A stretch of 64,000 bases of DNA from Chrysomallon squamiferum. Its lineage: Eukaryota; Animalia; Mollusca. The stretch's first letter is position 1. Each line of letters starts with the position of its first letter. The translations under genes were made by a program, and so were the position numbers. Below are positions 14,487 to 26,020 of the stretch, in pieces. The notes under the pieces were generated by a model. It made no database searches and was not told the origin of the DNA. It saw nothing but the letters and a program-made list of their open reading frames with translations. The stretch is from assembly GCA_012295275.1 (NCBI GenBank), contig CM022673.1, forward strand, positions 29,698,001 to 29,762,000, read 5' to 3'.

Positions 14487-16851
14487 TGTGTTGCATGTAT
14501 GTTTGTGTTTGTTGTGTTGTGTGTGTGTTGTGTTGCATGTCTGTTTGTGTTTGTTGTGTTGTGTGTGTATTTGTCAAAACAAGAAACGGAGAGCTTTTAT
14601 TTCTGTATGTGAATACAGATTTTATGCTCTTATCACCAAGAAAATATGTTGTTATTATTATGATTACAGGATGAAAACAAAGTATATTCATTTTCAAATC
14701 AAACATTAATAAATAAAGTGTAAATATGTAAGAAAATTGTCAAATATTTTTAAAAATTAAATATAATTAAACATCCTGAAAATAAACACTTGAATCAAAA
14801 AGCAAAAACACCAACAGAATTTCAGAGAACAGAAAGTTAAATTATGGAAAAGTCAAGAATAGGGACACCTGTGTATTTTTGTATCATACTGTAGGTGAAA
14901 TATATGTCATTACAAAACTAATTTCCTCACTTTGATCTATACATAAACACATTATAATGTGAGTTCTTTTTCTGAATCCAGAAAATATTTTACAAATAAC
15001 CATATAAAAATGACTTCAGGTGAAGATTACTTTCCACCTTAAGATCATTAACCTGTTGGCTTGAAAATCAGTGTTATCATTAGTATTATACAGCAATATA
15101 CTTCTTTATGCTTGGAGTTCACTGTTTTAACCGTTGCATTTTCAAACAAAATTAAGTGATATTATTATAGTAAAAAAGGCTTTAAAATAAGATAGTATAT
15201 CCACAAATTCATGATTAGTAATAAAATATAAAGTATAGTTATTACTTTAATAATTAAAAGGTTAAATCGGATTTAAGAAAATATGCAAATAAAATAAAAC
15301 ATGATGAAATACACAAAACAGTCTTTATTTTAATACATCTAAATTTTTTTTTTTTTTTTTTACTGACGTTATTCCTGAATACATACTTTTATGTGTTCCT
15401 TTTCATTATTTATTTTGTGGTTTTTTGAGGGGTGTTTCATAATAATATGTAAAATCTGCTAGAAGAATAATGATGCAAATAATATTTTTAAAACGATTAA
15501 GACTGGTTCACTTACCAAGTCAGCTCTTATGGACTGTCTGCCAGTTACTGTTGGCTTTGCTTTATTGGTGCCAGGAGTTGCAACCATCACCTGTTTCTTC
15601 GTGATAACAGGATCTACTGATATTGAGCCTTGACTGAATTTTTTCTAAAATAAAAATAAACAAAACAAATACATAAATGATATAATAATGATTGGAGGAA
15701 ACATTTTATTTTCAACTTTTCTAAGTAAAGAATAAAAAGCATTATTATATGTAATATTTATCATTATTAAAATTGATAATTTCTCTTTTCATTTCATTAA
15801 CAAGAAAATGCACTTAAATAATTTGTATTCCATTAGATTATTTTATAACACTTAATAATCCTGCCATTAAACATCAGACCAAAATATGTGGGTATAATAA
15901 AAAGAACTCAGCTGATATTTTGTTTATTTCAATTTTCAGTAGTAATATTAGTTATTACAATAATTATATTCTAATCACATACATTTCATTATAAGAAACT
16001 TTGAACAATTAGTTCAAACATTTGTTACTAAAAAAAGACAAAAAGAAAACAATGCTTATGTTTCTAACTAAATTTGATATTATTATCTGATCTAAGATTA
16101 CATACATTAATATAAACTTATTATAAACTTTTTTCATTCTTTTTCTATTTTAAGAACTGTTGAAAATGATTAACAAGAAAAGTATTCTGAAACAGATTTC
16201 TCTGTCTAAAAATAATTTAGATCTTACTTGACCTAACTGTAATAAGATCCAAACCTGACAATGACCTATATACCTTACCCTAATATTACTATTATTAGCC
16301 ATCACAGTTTAATATGACCCTAACCTTGGGAACAGACTGATTTATTGTGAATTCTTTATTATCTAAAACAACAAATATATTACAACATCCATAGGAACAG
16401 AAGTGAACAATGAATGTTAATTTGCTTTTACTAGAAATGTAATTTACATAAGCCCTAAAAATAACAACAACAATAATAACATACAGAGGGTGAAAAAAAT
16501 GAAAAATAAGAATGATCCCTTATTATCATGATTAAATTGTATTAGTGCAAATGTTGGGTCCCATGAAAATAATCTCAAGATTAATAATTATTTATGAAAT
16601 TAGAAACTACTAACCTTTGTGACATCTTTGGTCTGAAGATGGTCTTTAATGGAAATATTATCCACTGATGCTCCAAGATCATCTGCATAGTTCATCTCTG
16701 ATGAAAATGGAACTGGTCTATGGGTTTCAAGGTCTGGTGAATCACCTGTTCCTTGGTGAACCATTGGCATGACACTTTCTCCCTTATAATCTGCAAGCCG
16801 TTCAGCAACAGCTAAATTGTCACTGGCTTTGTTGCCCGTTTTTCTTGACAT
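5713..16851 (-). CDS. SHOC2: Leucine-rich repeat protein SHOC-2 (Sur-8/soc-2), RAS-PP1c scaffold; 17 coding exons, ~617 aa
   Basis: Exons 5'->3': 16851-16615, 15644-15516, 12745-12677, 12266-12237, 11732-11547, 11071-10976, 10630-10510, 10186-10078, 9829-9736, 8835-8731, 8067-7953, 7695-7571, 7192-7105, 6972-6903, 6691-6624, 6337-6168, 5754-5713. All introns are GT-AG, phases are consistent, total 1854 nt. Translation includes [98 protein letters not shown] and [34 protein letters not shown], all diagnostic of SHOC2. Confidence 0.96.
8953..9139 (-). mobile_element. Degenerate tRNA-derived SINE with a Nin-domain-like core, in a SHOC2 intron
   Basis: The + strand reads ttagcagtaaagaatattttatatgcaccatt...ggcctttgataaac...gagcactggttggaa...gagcactataacca...gtcccagccc. 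This is collinear with my recollection of the reverse complement of the molluscan Nin-SINE consensus (core TGGTGCATATAAAAGATCCCTTGCTGCTAA plus a tRNA head). Not aligned computationally. Confidence 0.7.
14038..14070. repeat. (CA)n microsatellite
   Basis: Pure acacac tract. Confidence 0.9.
14164..14192 (-). mobile_element. Possible 5' tRNA-head fragment of the same SINE family
   Basis: atgctttacctctgggctatctccctccc resembles the reverse complement of a SINE 5' end and A-box (GGGCGGGACGTAGCCCAGTGGTAAAGC-like). Short, and matched from memory. Confidence 0.4.
14456..14570. repeat. (TG)n microsatellite with a ~40-bp higher-order duplication
   Basis: gtgtgtgttgtgttgcatgt(a/c)tgtttgtgtttgttgtgtt occurs twice in tandem after a TG tract; the source of spurious ORFs at 14305-14709. 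Confidence 0.85.
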
Positions 16852-17353
16852 GATTGCACAATACAACAAGCTCGATGTCAAACGTTAAGTAAGTACTCTT
16901 ACTCAGTGAGTTACTCTAAGTGTCAACCAGGAAATCATACGTATTCAAGAAAATGAAACAACAAACGAGGTCACAGTATTACTCTGTTGACATCTGTAAA
17001 ATCACAAAGTGGATACAACAAATTGACTGTTGACATAAGTATATGATACAGTTTATCCATGAAACACAACTGAGTGCGAAAAAATGTCGTCCAGAATTAA
17101 TTAAGCCTCTGATAATTGTCAAAATGTCTCGAGATGGGTCATCGCCTTCACTTACATTTTATCGTAGAAATACACGTAAATGAATCACCAGTATGTCACA
17201 GGCAGGTTTTAACCATCACTGAAACCCCAAAGGTAGTTTTTGCTGCTACAGAAGAGAGACATTCTATTGGTTATAAGTCCACCCCTTACGATCTTTTTCT
17301 TAACTCGAGACTGGCAATTGACACCATATTTGCATCGTTCTGGCTAGACCTGG

Positions 17354-17386
<33 letters not shown>

Positions 17387-17530
17387 GGGACTGCTGACTG
17401 ATGCATATTTTGGGGAACTAATAGTTAACATATATTTATTCACAAAATATATCACAACAATTTTACATACCCCGAACATGGAAATAAACATGCACAGCAA
17501 TAAAAATCGTCTGCAATTTAGCCTGCTTAC

Positions 17531-17690
17531 AAACAAATTTACTATCAAGGATCCTACGATGATGCGCATACAAGTGCGCAGAATGAGATCCATCATCGGA
17601 AGTTACGTCAATGATCGCAGGTCACGGGCACTGAACGTTGTTCGGAACAACTCGGATATAATTCCGAACATCCACGACATTGTGCGAACT
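17531..17690 (-). promoter_or_regulatory. Probable SHOC2 core promoter and first non-coding exon
   Basis: Local CpG cluster with two TGCGCA (NRF1-like half sites) and CGGAAGTTACGTCA (ETS plus CRE-like). Minus-strand donor GTAAGC at 17530; strong poly-T/CCAG acceptor at 17350. Confidence 0.6.
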
Positions 17691-19128
17691 TAAAGACAGT
17701 TTACTATTTATGATTCAGTTGGCCTCATTCACGAGTCATTGTAATACTAATGACTAACTGAACGAGATGCTAGCATAATAAAGTTTTAATTTGAAAATTA
17801 TGATCACACATGTTAAGAAGGTGACTAAATTTAATGTAACTGTTTTGTAAATTAATAATATAGAGTCAACCTTATTTTAACTGCCGGAGTTTAGACCTAA
17901 TATATAGCCTATTGCTTAATTTTTCTTATCTTTGGCACTGTCGTTTTGATAGTTAATAATCATTTAATTTGCTTTATTCTTTTAAAGCAAAAAAAAAATA
18001 TATATATATATATATAAATTGAAATTTGTATTGTTGCTTTTTTTTCATAAATAATTTATTTTAAATTTAGATACACAGCAGTCAGACAAACATTTTTTTA
18101 ATTATTTTTGTTTTTTATGAATTTTATTTTTTTTTTATTTTTTATTTGTTTACTTTTTAAAAAATTATTTATTTATTTATTTGTGATTATGTTGTTTTTT
18201 GAAGGAAATTCCAGAAATTGTCCCTGCCTTATCAGTCACAGCCGTCATATTGACTCTGTCCATGTTTTTAGTTCTTTTGTGAACCAATCATGACATACAT
18301 ACTTTTACGGTAGTACCCTGTGGCCTTGGGTGATTGGGTAAGATGAATTTTCTGATTGGCTAATATCTATATCAATAGTTGTATTCTCTGTAGACTATTA
18401 AACCAGTGAGAATGGATTAATACTAGTTTTATTAATATTTTCGTTTTTGTAGACACGTCTAATATATATATGCACATACATGAAGCAATGTCATGTTTGA
18501 CATAAAATTTCTTATCTATCATTTGTTCTGTAAGCTATGACATAGTTTATTCAGTGAAATCAATGAATCTCAGTCAACAGAGGATAGGCATGTTATTGCA
18601 CTGCCTCATACAATCATACAAAAGTCACTTCAAGCTTCATCTTTCACCATCGTTAAAATATTTTTAATTCATATTTTCCATAACTTAAAATAACCGTCTG
18701 TCGTGGACCAGTCTATTTTGTTTAAATATTATACAGCTTTTAAATGTTATACATCCCGAATCGAGCATACCACTCCACTGCAACAATACAAGTTTCTAAA
18801 TTCAAACTGAACATGGCTGGTACAATTCAAAATATTCAAGTCAATATCAGGTATATATATTTATTTTTTTCACCAAAATTGGATTCAAGGGAATGAAGTA
18901 CTTACTGACTGGTTTCTTTTTGAAGGAATGAGACCATTATTGTATAATTTTATCTTTATTGTCAAGACTGCGAAGGAAAGAAAACTAAATTCATTCCCTT
19001 ATTCTCTATTTATACTGCATGTTTTATTTATTTTTCACAAACAGATGCTTGAGATAACAAAATTCTAAATCATAAAAGAAAGACAATTTAATTTTAACTT
19101 TTTTTTATTATTCAAATGTCCATCATGT

Positions 19129-21551
19129 TTATTCATCCTCTTGGGATCTCAGTCTGGCATTTGGATTTGTAACTTTAATGGAAAGCTGCTGAGCTCTTTC
19201 AACTATTTCTTTTCTTTTTCGACTGGAGATATTATGAGCTATCTCAGCTGAAAATGTTCGATTTTGCATCAAAAGAACCTCCAAATCCTGTAATTAAAAA
19301 GCATAACATTGTTTTCATATCTGCAACTAAACAATAATTTAAGATAAATAAATTATTTTTTTAATTTCATTTATGAATTATACTTAACACAATAGATATT
19401 TTAACATGAAACTGATAAAACCAAAAATATGGAAGGATTCATAAAAAGCAAAGCAGAGGAAGTATCATATGATTTTGAAATACTTTGCTTTATAGTGGAA
19501 TTGCTTTGGTCTCACAATTTAAAAAATTAACACAAATTTATGTATTTAATACAAATTGTCACATGAATTACATAATAAAAATAATCAGAATAAACTTATT
19601 CCATATTCAAATTATATAACTTTAGATTTCTGTTTTAATGTTGTTTGAAAACACTAGAATAAATCTTGAATACCAGTGAATCTATAAAATGTCAGGAACT
19701 TTCAAAATTGTTCTTGTACAATTTTTAAAAAACAAAAACAGAAACTGAAAGTTAATGAATGTAAAATGTACTTAAACTATCAATCAAAATTAATTTTGTG
19801 ATTTATTTTCTCAACTGTATTATGTTAGTCTTTAGCTTTTGTAATTACTTTAAGAAATGAAAAAGTATTTAACATTTAATTTTGTTATTATAATTTAGTG
19901 AAGAAACAGATCTTTTCTTCTTGATCCATTAAAAGCCAATAAAATGAAACAAATAAAATTTATACCCGAACATTGTTGACAAGGAACTTCTTAAAACCAT
20001 CAGGACAAATATGTTTTGTTTTCTTGGCACTACCATAACCAATGTTTGGCATCAGGTATTGACCCTTGAATCGTCTTCGAACTCGGTTATCAATTCCCTT
20101 GGGCTTTCTCCATGTTTGCTAAAACGAAATATTACCATACAAGAATATTATTTCAAAAAGCATGGGGAAAAATATTCTTGTTTGTTTTGCAAGTTTTAAA
20201 AAGACAGCTGCAAAGACGTTGACTCTTAAGATGAACTAATGGTTAACATTTAAAGGCTTTCTATTTCAAAATTAATGATTCAAAGCTTCTCTTGAACCTG
20301 AAAACATTAAATAACCTAAAATTGTTAAACATTATAAATATCCAACAATAAAATGGAATCTGTTGATTGGATTTTTAACTATATCTAACCATTTGATTTT
20401 ACATTATGTCCATTATATAGTTTTTGATCTTATGCAGTTATGATATTAAAGCTGGAAAGTGACTTAATCATCAAATACATCCTCTACACTTAGCCCACTT
20501 TTCTGTTTTTAGGGGTAGGATTTCATAATTAGTAAATATTACTTTCTTTGGAATGATAAATACTATAAACTATGCAGGTACCAGCAGCCTAATTTATAAT
20601 TCAGTATTATATGGTATGCCAGAAAATAAGTATAAAATTTTAAAGCTGCAGAAAAACGTAACAAAACACCACAAAAAACACCAATAATTCTGTCTATATT
20701 GGTTCAAACAATACATGCAAATCCTGCTACTAAAATGAACGAAAGTGCAAACAGACACTGGTTTCAGTTTTGGTCGCATCTGAAAATTTCAACCAGTGTT
20801 AGGATCTTTCAAATGATATACTTGAGTCTAACTTTTTTCTTTTTTTTTTAAAGTTTTACTCCCAAGCCATAAAAATTTTGGATTTAACATTTATTTGTTG
20901 TTTATAGTTTAAAGAGCAAAGATCTGCCTTTGTTGCACTCAATGAAAGATTTGGGTTTTTTGTTATTGTTTTTTTTTTTTTCAAGTGTTTTAACATATGT
21001 TTGAACTTTTATTTTAGAGTTATATTGCCTTTTAAGGCCTGATTTAAGATATGACAAAAACAACACTACCATTTAAAAGAACACATAATGATCTTATCAT
21101 ACATTTATTTTTTATAGAAAGGATCTGGGAGTGGAGGAAAATGGACAAAATCTGCACTTTTAGTAGCTTTGTCAAATTATGTTAGGCTGCTGGTACCTAA
21201 ACAGTGTTTTTTTTTTTTTTGTATACTGAAACATGCAGCAATTGATTAAAAAAGAAGGTAAAATTCCAAGCAACAATTCTGTATTCTAATGTGTTTGGTA
21301 TCTGATATTGCTGCCCAGTTCTGAAGCATTGCAAAAATATGTATTACAAAGTACACAGAGAATACCATGAATCTGTTTGGATGAATCAGAGTAGATACCA
21401 TAGATTATGTAATAGAAAATATAAGCCAAACATATCAATCAGCATAATAAAAACTTACAGTGATTTTCTTGTATCTGTCAGACTGATGACGAATGAATTT
21501 TTTTGTTCTCTTCTTCACTATTTTGTGTTTAACCAAAGGACGAATGGCCAT
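19129..21551 (-). CDS. RPL32: 60S ribosomal protein L32 (eL32), 134 aa
   Basis: Exons 21551-21459, 20118-19966, 19287-19129 give [134 protein letters not shown]. An AATAAA overlaps the stop codon. Confidence 0.98.
20576..21198. mobile_element. MITE-like element or long inverted repeat in an RPL32 intron
   Basis: Perfect 17-bp inverted repeat: aggtaccagcagcctaa (20576-20592) and ttaggctgctggtacct (21182-21198). A partial internal inverted match (gctactaaaa...aagtgca) is present. No coding capacity; TSD unclear. Confidence 0.6.
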
Positions 21552-22347
21552 TTTTAGTTAACTGAAAATCAAGATTAAAAATACCCAAATTAACAAATAA
21601 ACAAGCAAATAGTTTATTTTAACAAGATGTTACAACTCTGTTTTAACCTGAAAGCTAAATTTGATAAAATGTCATGTTAAAAAAATAATAAACAAACAAA
21701 ATCATGTTAACTATGAATCTAGGTCTCTGTTAGAATATGAGAACACTGCATATAATCTAGTAAATCCTTAGTTATTTTTTTTCCCAAACACCTTTTGGGG
21801 CAATTTGTCTTCCTGGAGAGAAAACGTTTATTTCAATACGATGTGGATATGAAACGATATTAATAAATCAGCCTTGATTATTTTATATTGTTGTGTAACT
21901 GATAGATAAAATATGATTATTCTCATAGTAATAAACGAGTGTTATGAATTACAATTAACAGGATAACCGAATGCCGGAATCATTCCGGGAATGGTGGGCC
22001 ATGTTTACATTATTCATTGTTTATGTTGCATATGATAAACTGGAAAATTCTAATTTTTCCCTTCATTCAAAAAAAAAAAAAAAAATTGTATGAACAGAAA
22101 AATGGATTTAATAATTAACAAGCGTATGTTTTAAAGATTTTTCCCATTAATAATTTATCTTAAGGTATCAATGCTACTACTGACAATTTGTTCACATAAT
22201 TACGTTAAAACAAACAATAACAACTAAAAACTAGCCGTCATTTACTGCTCTTTAATCAATGGAAATAACTATAGTATTTCGATGAAATGATAATACAAAA
22301 TGATGGTTTTGATATTCGTTTGATAAACATGATTCTCTAATACATAC

Positions 22348-22379
22348 ATTAATGGCAATAACACTGTATAAAAAGGAAG
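22348..22379 (-). promoter_or_regulatory. RPL32: RPL32 non-coding exon 1 with a 5' TOP/TCT initiator
   Basis: The minus strand reads CTTCCTTTTTATACAG...CATTAAT|GTATGT: a pyrimidine start typical of ribosomal protein genes, then a canonical donor. Matching acceptor at 21562; CpG cluster just upstream (22386-22400). Confidence 0.75.
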
Positions 22380-23137
22380 TACTCAACGCCACGCCGCGGA
22401 CTTATTAGATTTTTGGTTTAAAGGGAAACAACTCTTGCAATAATTGCTTGAATTTTTATTACAGTTGATGACTGACAGAAAATAAGAATAAGTTTTATAT
22501 AAAATAAATATATTTGTAATTATCACCATTGTATCTGTACAAATATGTTTCTGTGCTTGCTGAAAGAGAAAAATAATAATTACTATAATTATAATAAGCT
22601 AGATTGTAATTATTTAGATCTTGTTTTTCGTCTTTTCATTTTTTATTTCTTTTTTTATTTTATCTGTCTATCTATATCAATGTATTTTATTGGACTGGTT
22701 AAACAGACAATAAGTCAGTATGTTTCTGAATGTAGCCCCCCCCCAAGTAAATAATAATAATAATAATAAAATAAATAATAATTTTCTCATTCTGTTCTTA
22801 TGATCAGTACCAATTTGTTACCAATTTGTTATGCTCATGTGGATCTATTGTTTGTACACACATTAAAAAATAAACCAGATGATTTTATTACCAAATAATT
22901 TATGGTTGTGTAGCCAAAGTAGGTTAAATGGAAATTAAGAAAACAACAAAAATACAACAACACAATAATGGCTGAACACCTGAATACATTTCCTAGACTT
23001 TTTAGTAACAGCTTTTGGAATATTCCCAACTTTTATTTTAGAAATGTCAAAATATAAATAGCAAATAAAACATTTAAAAAAATGAAAAACAAAATTAAAA
23101 TATAATAATGAGAATAAGAATAATAATGATGTTAATA

Positions 23138-23172
<35 letters not shown>

Positions 23173-24988
23173 AATTTACATCATGAGAATACTCAACAAT
23201 TCTCAAATATTTTTTTTAATTTTGAAATAGGACGCTTAATAGTCCAGACTCTGGGGGAATTCTTTATTTTTCTCCACTGCAATTTTACTGTGATCGTAAA
23301 TACCTATTGCAATACATGTTGAGACAACAAGCTATTCAAAGATTTATCATATGGCTTAGCTTCATGTCAGAACTTTTTTAATCTTCATAATGCACCTGTT
23401 CTGTGTTTATTTTAAACAAAAATATTTCTTAATTTTAAAAAAATACCAATTTCTGGAAAATATTTTTAATACTCTGTAAAGTGTGATATTAAAAACTACT
23501 TTTCATGGATTTATACAAGTAATCAAAGCTTCATAATTATTTTAATTATTTTAATTTTTAATCAAGCTTTAACTCAAAGTTAGCTTTTTTTAAATTTTAG
23601 TAATTTTTATTACTTATATAAATATTTTAATACACTGAATAGTTGAACAGTCATACAAAATGATCAGTAAAGCAAATATTAACAGATTTTGCACAACTGC
23701 AGAATACAGTTATAAACATATTTATAAACTGTATTTTGTATACAAAGAAAAAAGTCTAACATTCTTTATTACAGTTTTAATTTTTCCCTATATAGGTCAA
23801 ATTAATGGTGTAAAATTTTTATTCTTGATCACAATAAAATATTTTAAAATAAAACATTTTAAAAAAAGTTATCTTGCATATTTTAATCCATATATTTACA
23901 ATGCTTTTGGTAAATGCTAAGTATATGAATAGCAATACATATCTCCTTTCACTTATGTACCTTCTATTTATTTTCTATCATTAAAAACAGCCTTATTTAC
24001 ATTATAAAGCAAAGATTATCTCTCCCAAAGTCAAAAATGCCACAAATCATTTTTTAATTTGTTTTAAGTTAACAATTTCGTATTATTTTTTATCCAATCA
24101 TAGCACTGGGCATATATTGGCCACATATTAATATGTATGCATCAACCACATACATTCTCTAAGCACTTCAGTTAGAAAAAAGTTTGAAAACCTCTGCCAT
24201 TAAGTATACCAGAACTTAAAACGTGATGTTATAATCCTTGTACTTTGGTAGTGTTGATAAACCTGTTATTATCTCTTTGTGTCTTGGTCATACATAAAAA
24301 CCATAGAATAATAATGTTCCTTATAAATATAGATGAACCCAATAGAAGGTGAAAATAACTTTACGTCTTTTTAATAAACATTATTGTATCTTATATGCTT
24401 TAAAACAAAATACAATAAAATTCCATAGATTTTTATTTTTCTTTCTTCCAGATCAGTTTTAATCCACCTCATTATAAAAATATATGAACCATGATAGGCG
24501 TAACCACGTGAATATACAACAATGGAAACAATTACATACACTTTTTCAATTCACAACATAAAATGGCATACATCAAATGAATGAAAGTTTGACTCATAAA
24601 AATAATATAAGACATTTATAGTTCATATAATTTTGAAATACAGATTTTTCTGCAGTTGAATGAAATAAAATCAGATCTAACACTTTTCTGTTGTACATCT
24701 TATGCAGTTGAAAAAAACAGTAAGCAGTGTTAAAAATAATATTGCCAAGACAACCAATGTCTGAAATAACCTTTTTATATGCCCATGTACCTCTTGTGGT
24801 GCTGCAAAGAAATAACATAAATATATTTTATATACCATATTACCACATTATGATAAATTATATTATAATAAATAAAATTATGAAACAAAAACAAGTATGT
24901 ATATATAATGTATTTAGGCTATTTGTTTGCAACATCACAGATACCAGCATGTTTTAAACTCTGCTGTAAATATTTTCTATTACAAATG

Positions 24989-26020
24989 TCAACGTGTAAC
25001 TCGAACCACCAAGTAATATGTAATAAAAAAGAGAACAATAAGTCCAACAATAATGTAACACATAATTCTCCTGTTACTTCGTCCTGAACTCATCATGTTG
25101 TTTATACGATGAATACTGCCTGATAGAAGTCCTGTAGTACCACTAAAATCATCTGTCTGAAAATAAAAATATTAATGTTCATAAATGTTACATAATACAT
25201 GTACATAGCAAAAGGCAGTGGTTAAAAAAAAAAGCAACACAACATTATTAACACTCGATTTTTGTTAAATACAATTTATACTGATTATTTAGCAATGTTT
25301 TAATTACTATTGGTACATTATACTATTTGAAACTTCAGTGTAATAAGATCCAAAATAAGATTAAAAAGGACTGCAACTTGTTAAATATTTTGCTATTTAT
25401 GGCTCACATACCATGTCATCAAGATATCTGTTTGAATCTCTGGATTCTGTTTCTAGGTCCACAGCTACCTGAAAGCAAAAAAAATAATGTACGTGCTTAA
25501 ATTGATTATAATTATTGAAACATGTCTATTTAATTTAGCTTTTTAAAAGTTAATAATGTTACCATCGACATAAATGTGGTTTTTCGTACTCTGTGTGTTT
25601 ATGTGCGAATGAGTTTTGGTTTGTTTACGTTTTAAATATACATGAATCCTTACTCCTTTTAATCGTGAAATTTTGTTAGCTAGTCCTTCAACCCGAGCTT
25701 GGTTTTCATGATCCAGCATTTCTTCAGTTTTGCCTAAAATGACAAAACTTCAATTTTATAATTAAAATAACATTTAATATATGACGCAATTAAATAACAT
25801 ATAATGATATATCATATATCATTATATCATAATATATGTATATAAAAATTTATGTAAATAAATAAATAAAAACAGCAATGATAACATGTCATGGTTTATC
25901 AAAACTTTAAACAAAGAGACAGTGAAAAAACTCGGATCTGACGTTTTGACAACTGTATTTTAACATCGGTTAATATGTTATATGCGTTTTACCATTCGCT
26001 GGTCGTCTCCAATCTGCCAT
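24989..26020 (-). CDS. BET1L: BET1-like protein (GS15), Golgi Qc-SNARE, 110 aa
   Basis: Exons 26020-25993, 25733-25654, 25468-25412, 25156-24989 give MADWRRPANGKTEEMLDHENQARVEGLANKISRLKGVAVDLETESRDSNRYLDDMTDDFSGTTGLLSGSIHRINNMMSSGRSNRRIMCYIIVGLIVLFFITYYLVVRVTR*. MADW start, SNARE coil and C-terminal TM anchor match BET1L. Confidence 0.95.

Noticed and set aside
14305-14709. ORFs rich in THTH / CVCV
   Set aside because: These are translations of TG/CA microsatellite.
16240-16330. Telomere-like ccctaa motifs
   Set aside because: Only two scattered copies, not an array.
19288-22347. Intronic snoRNAs in RPL32
   Set aside because: Expected by analogy with vertebrates, but I found no convincing H/ACA or C/D box arrangement. 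An Infernal scan would be needed.
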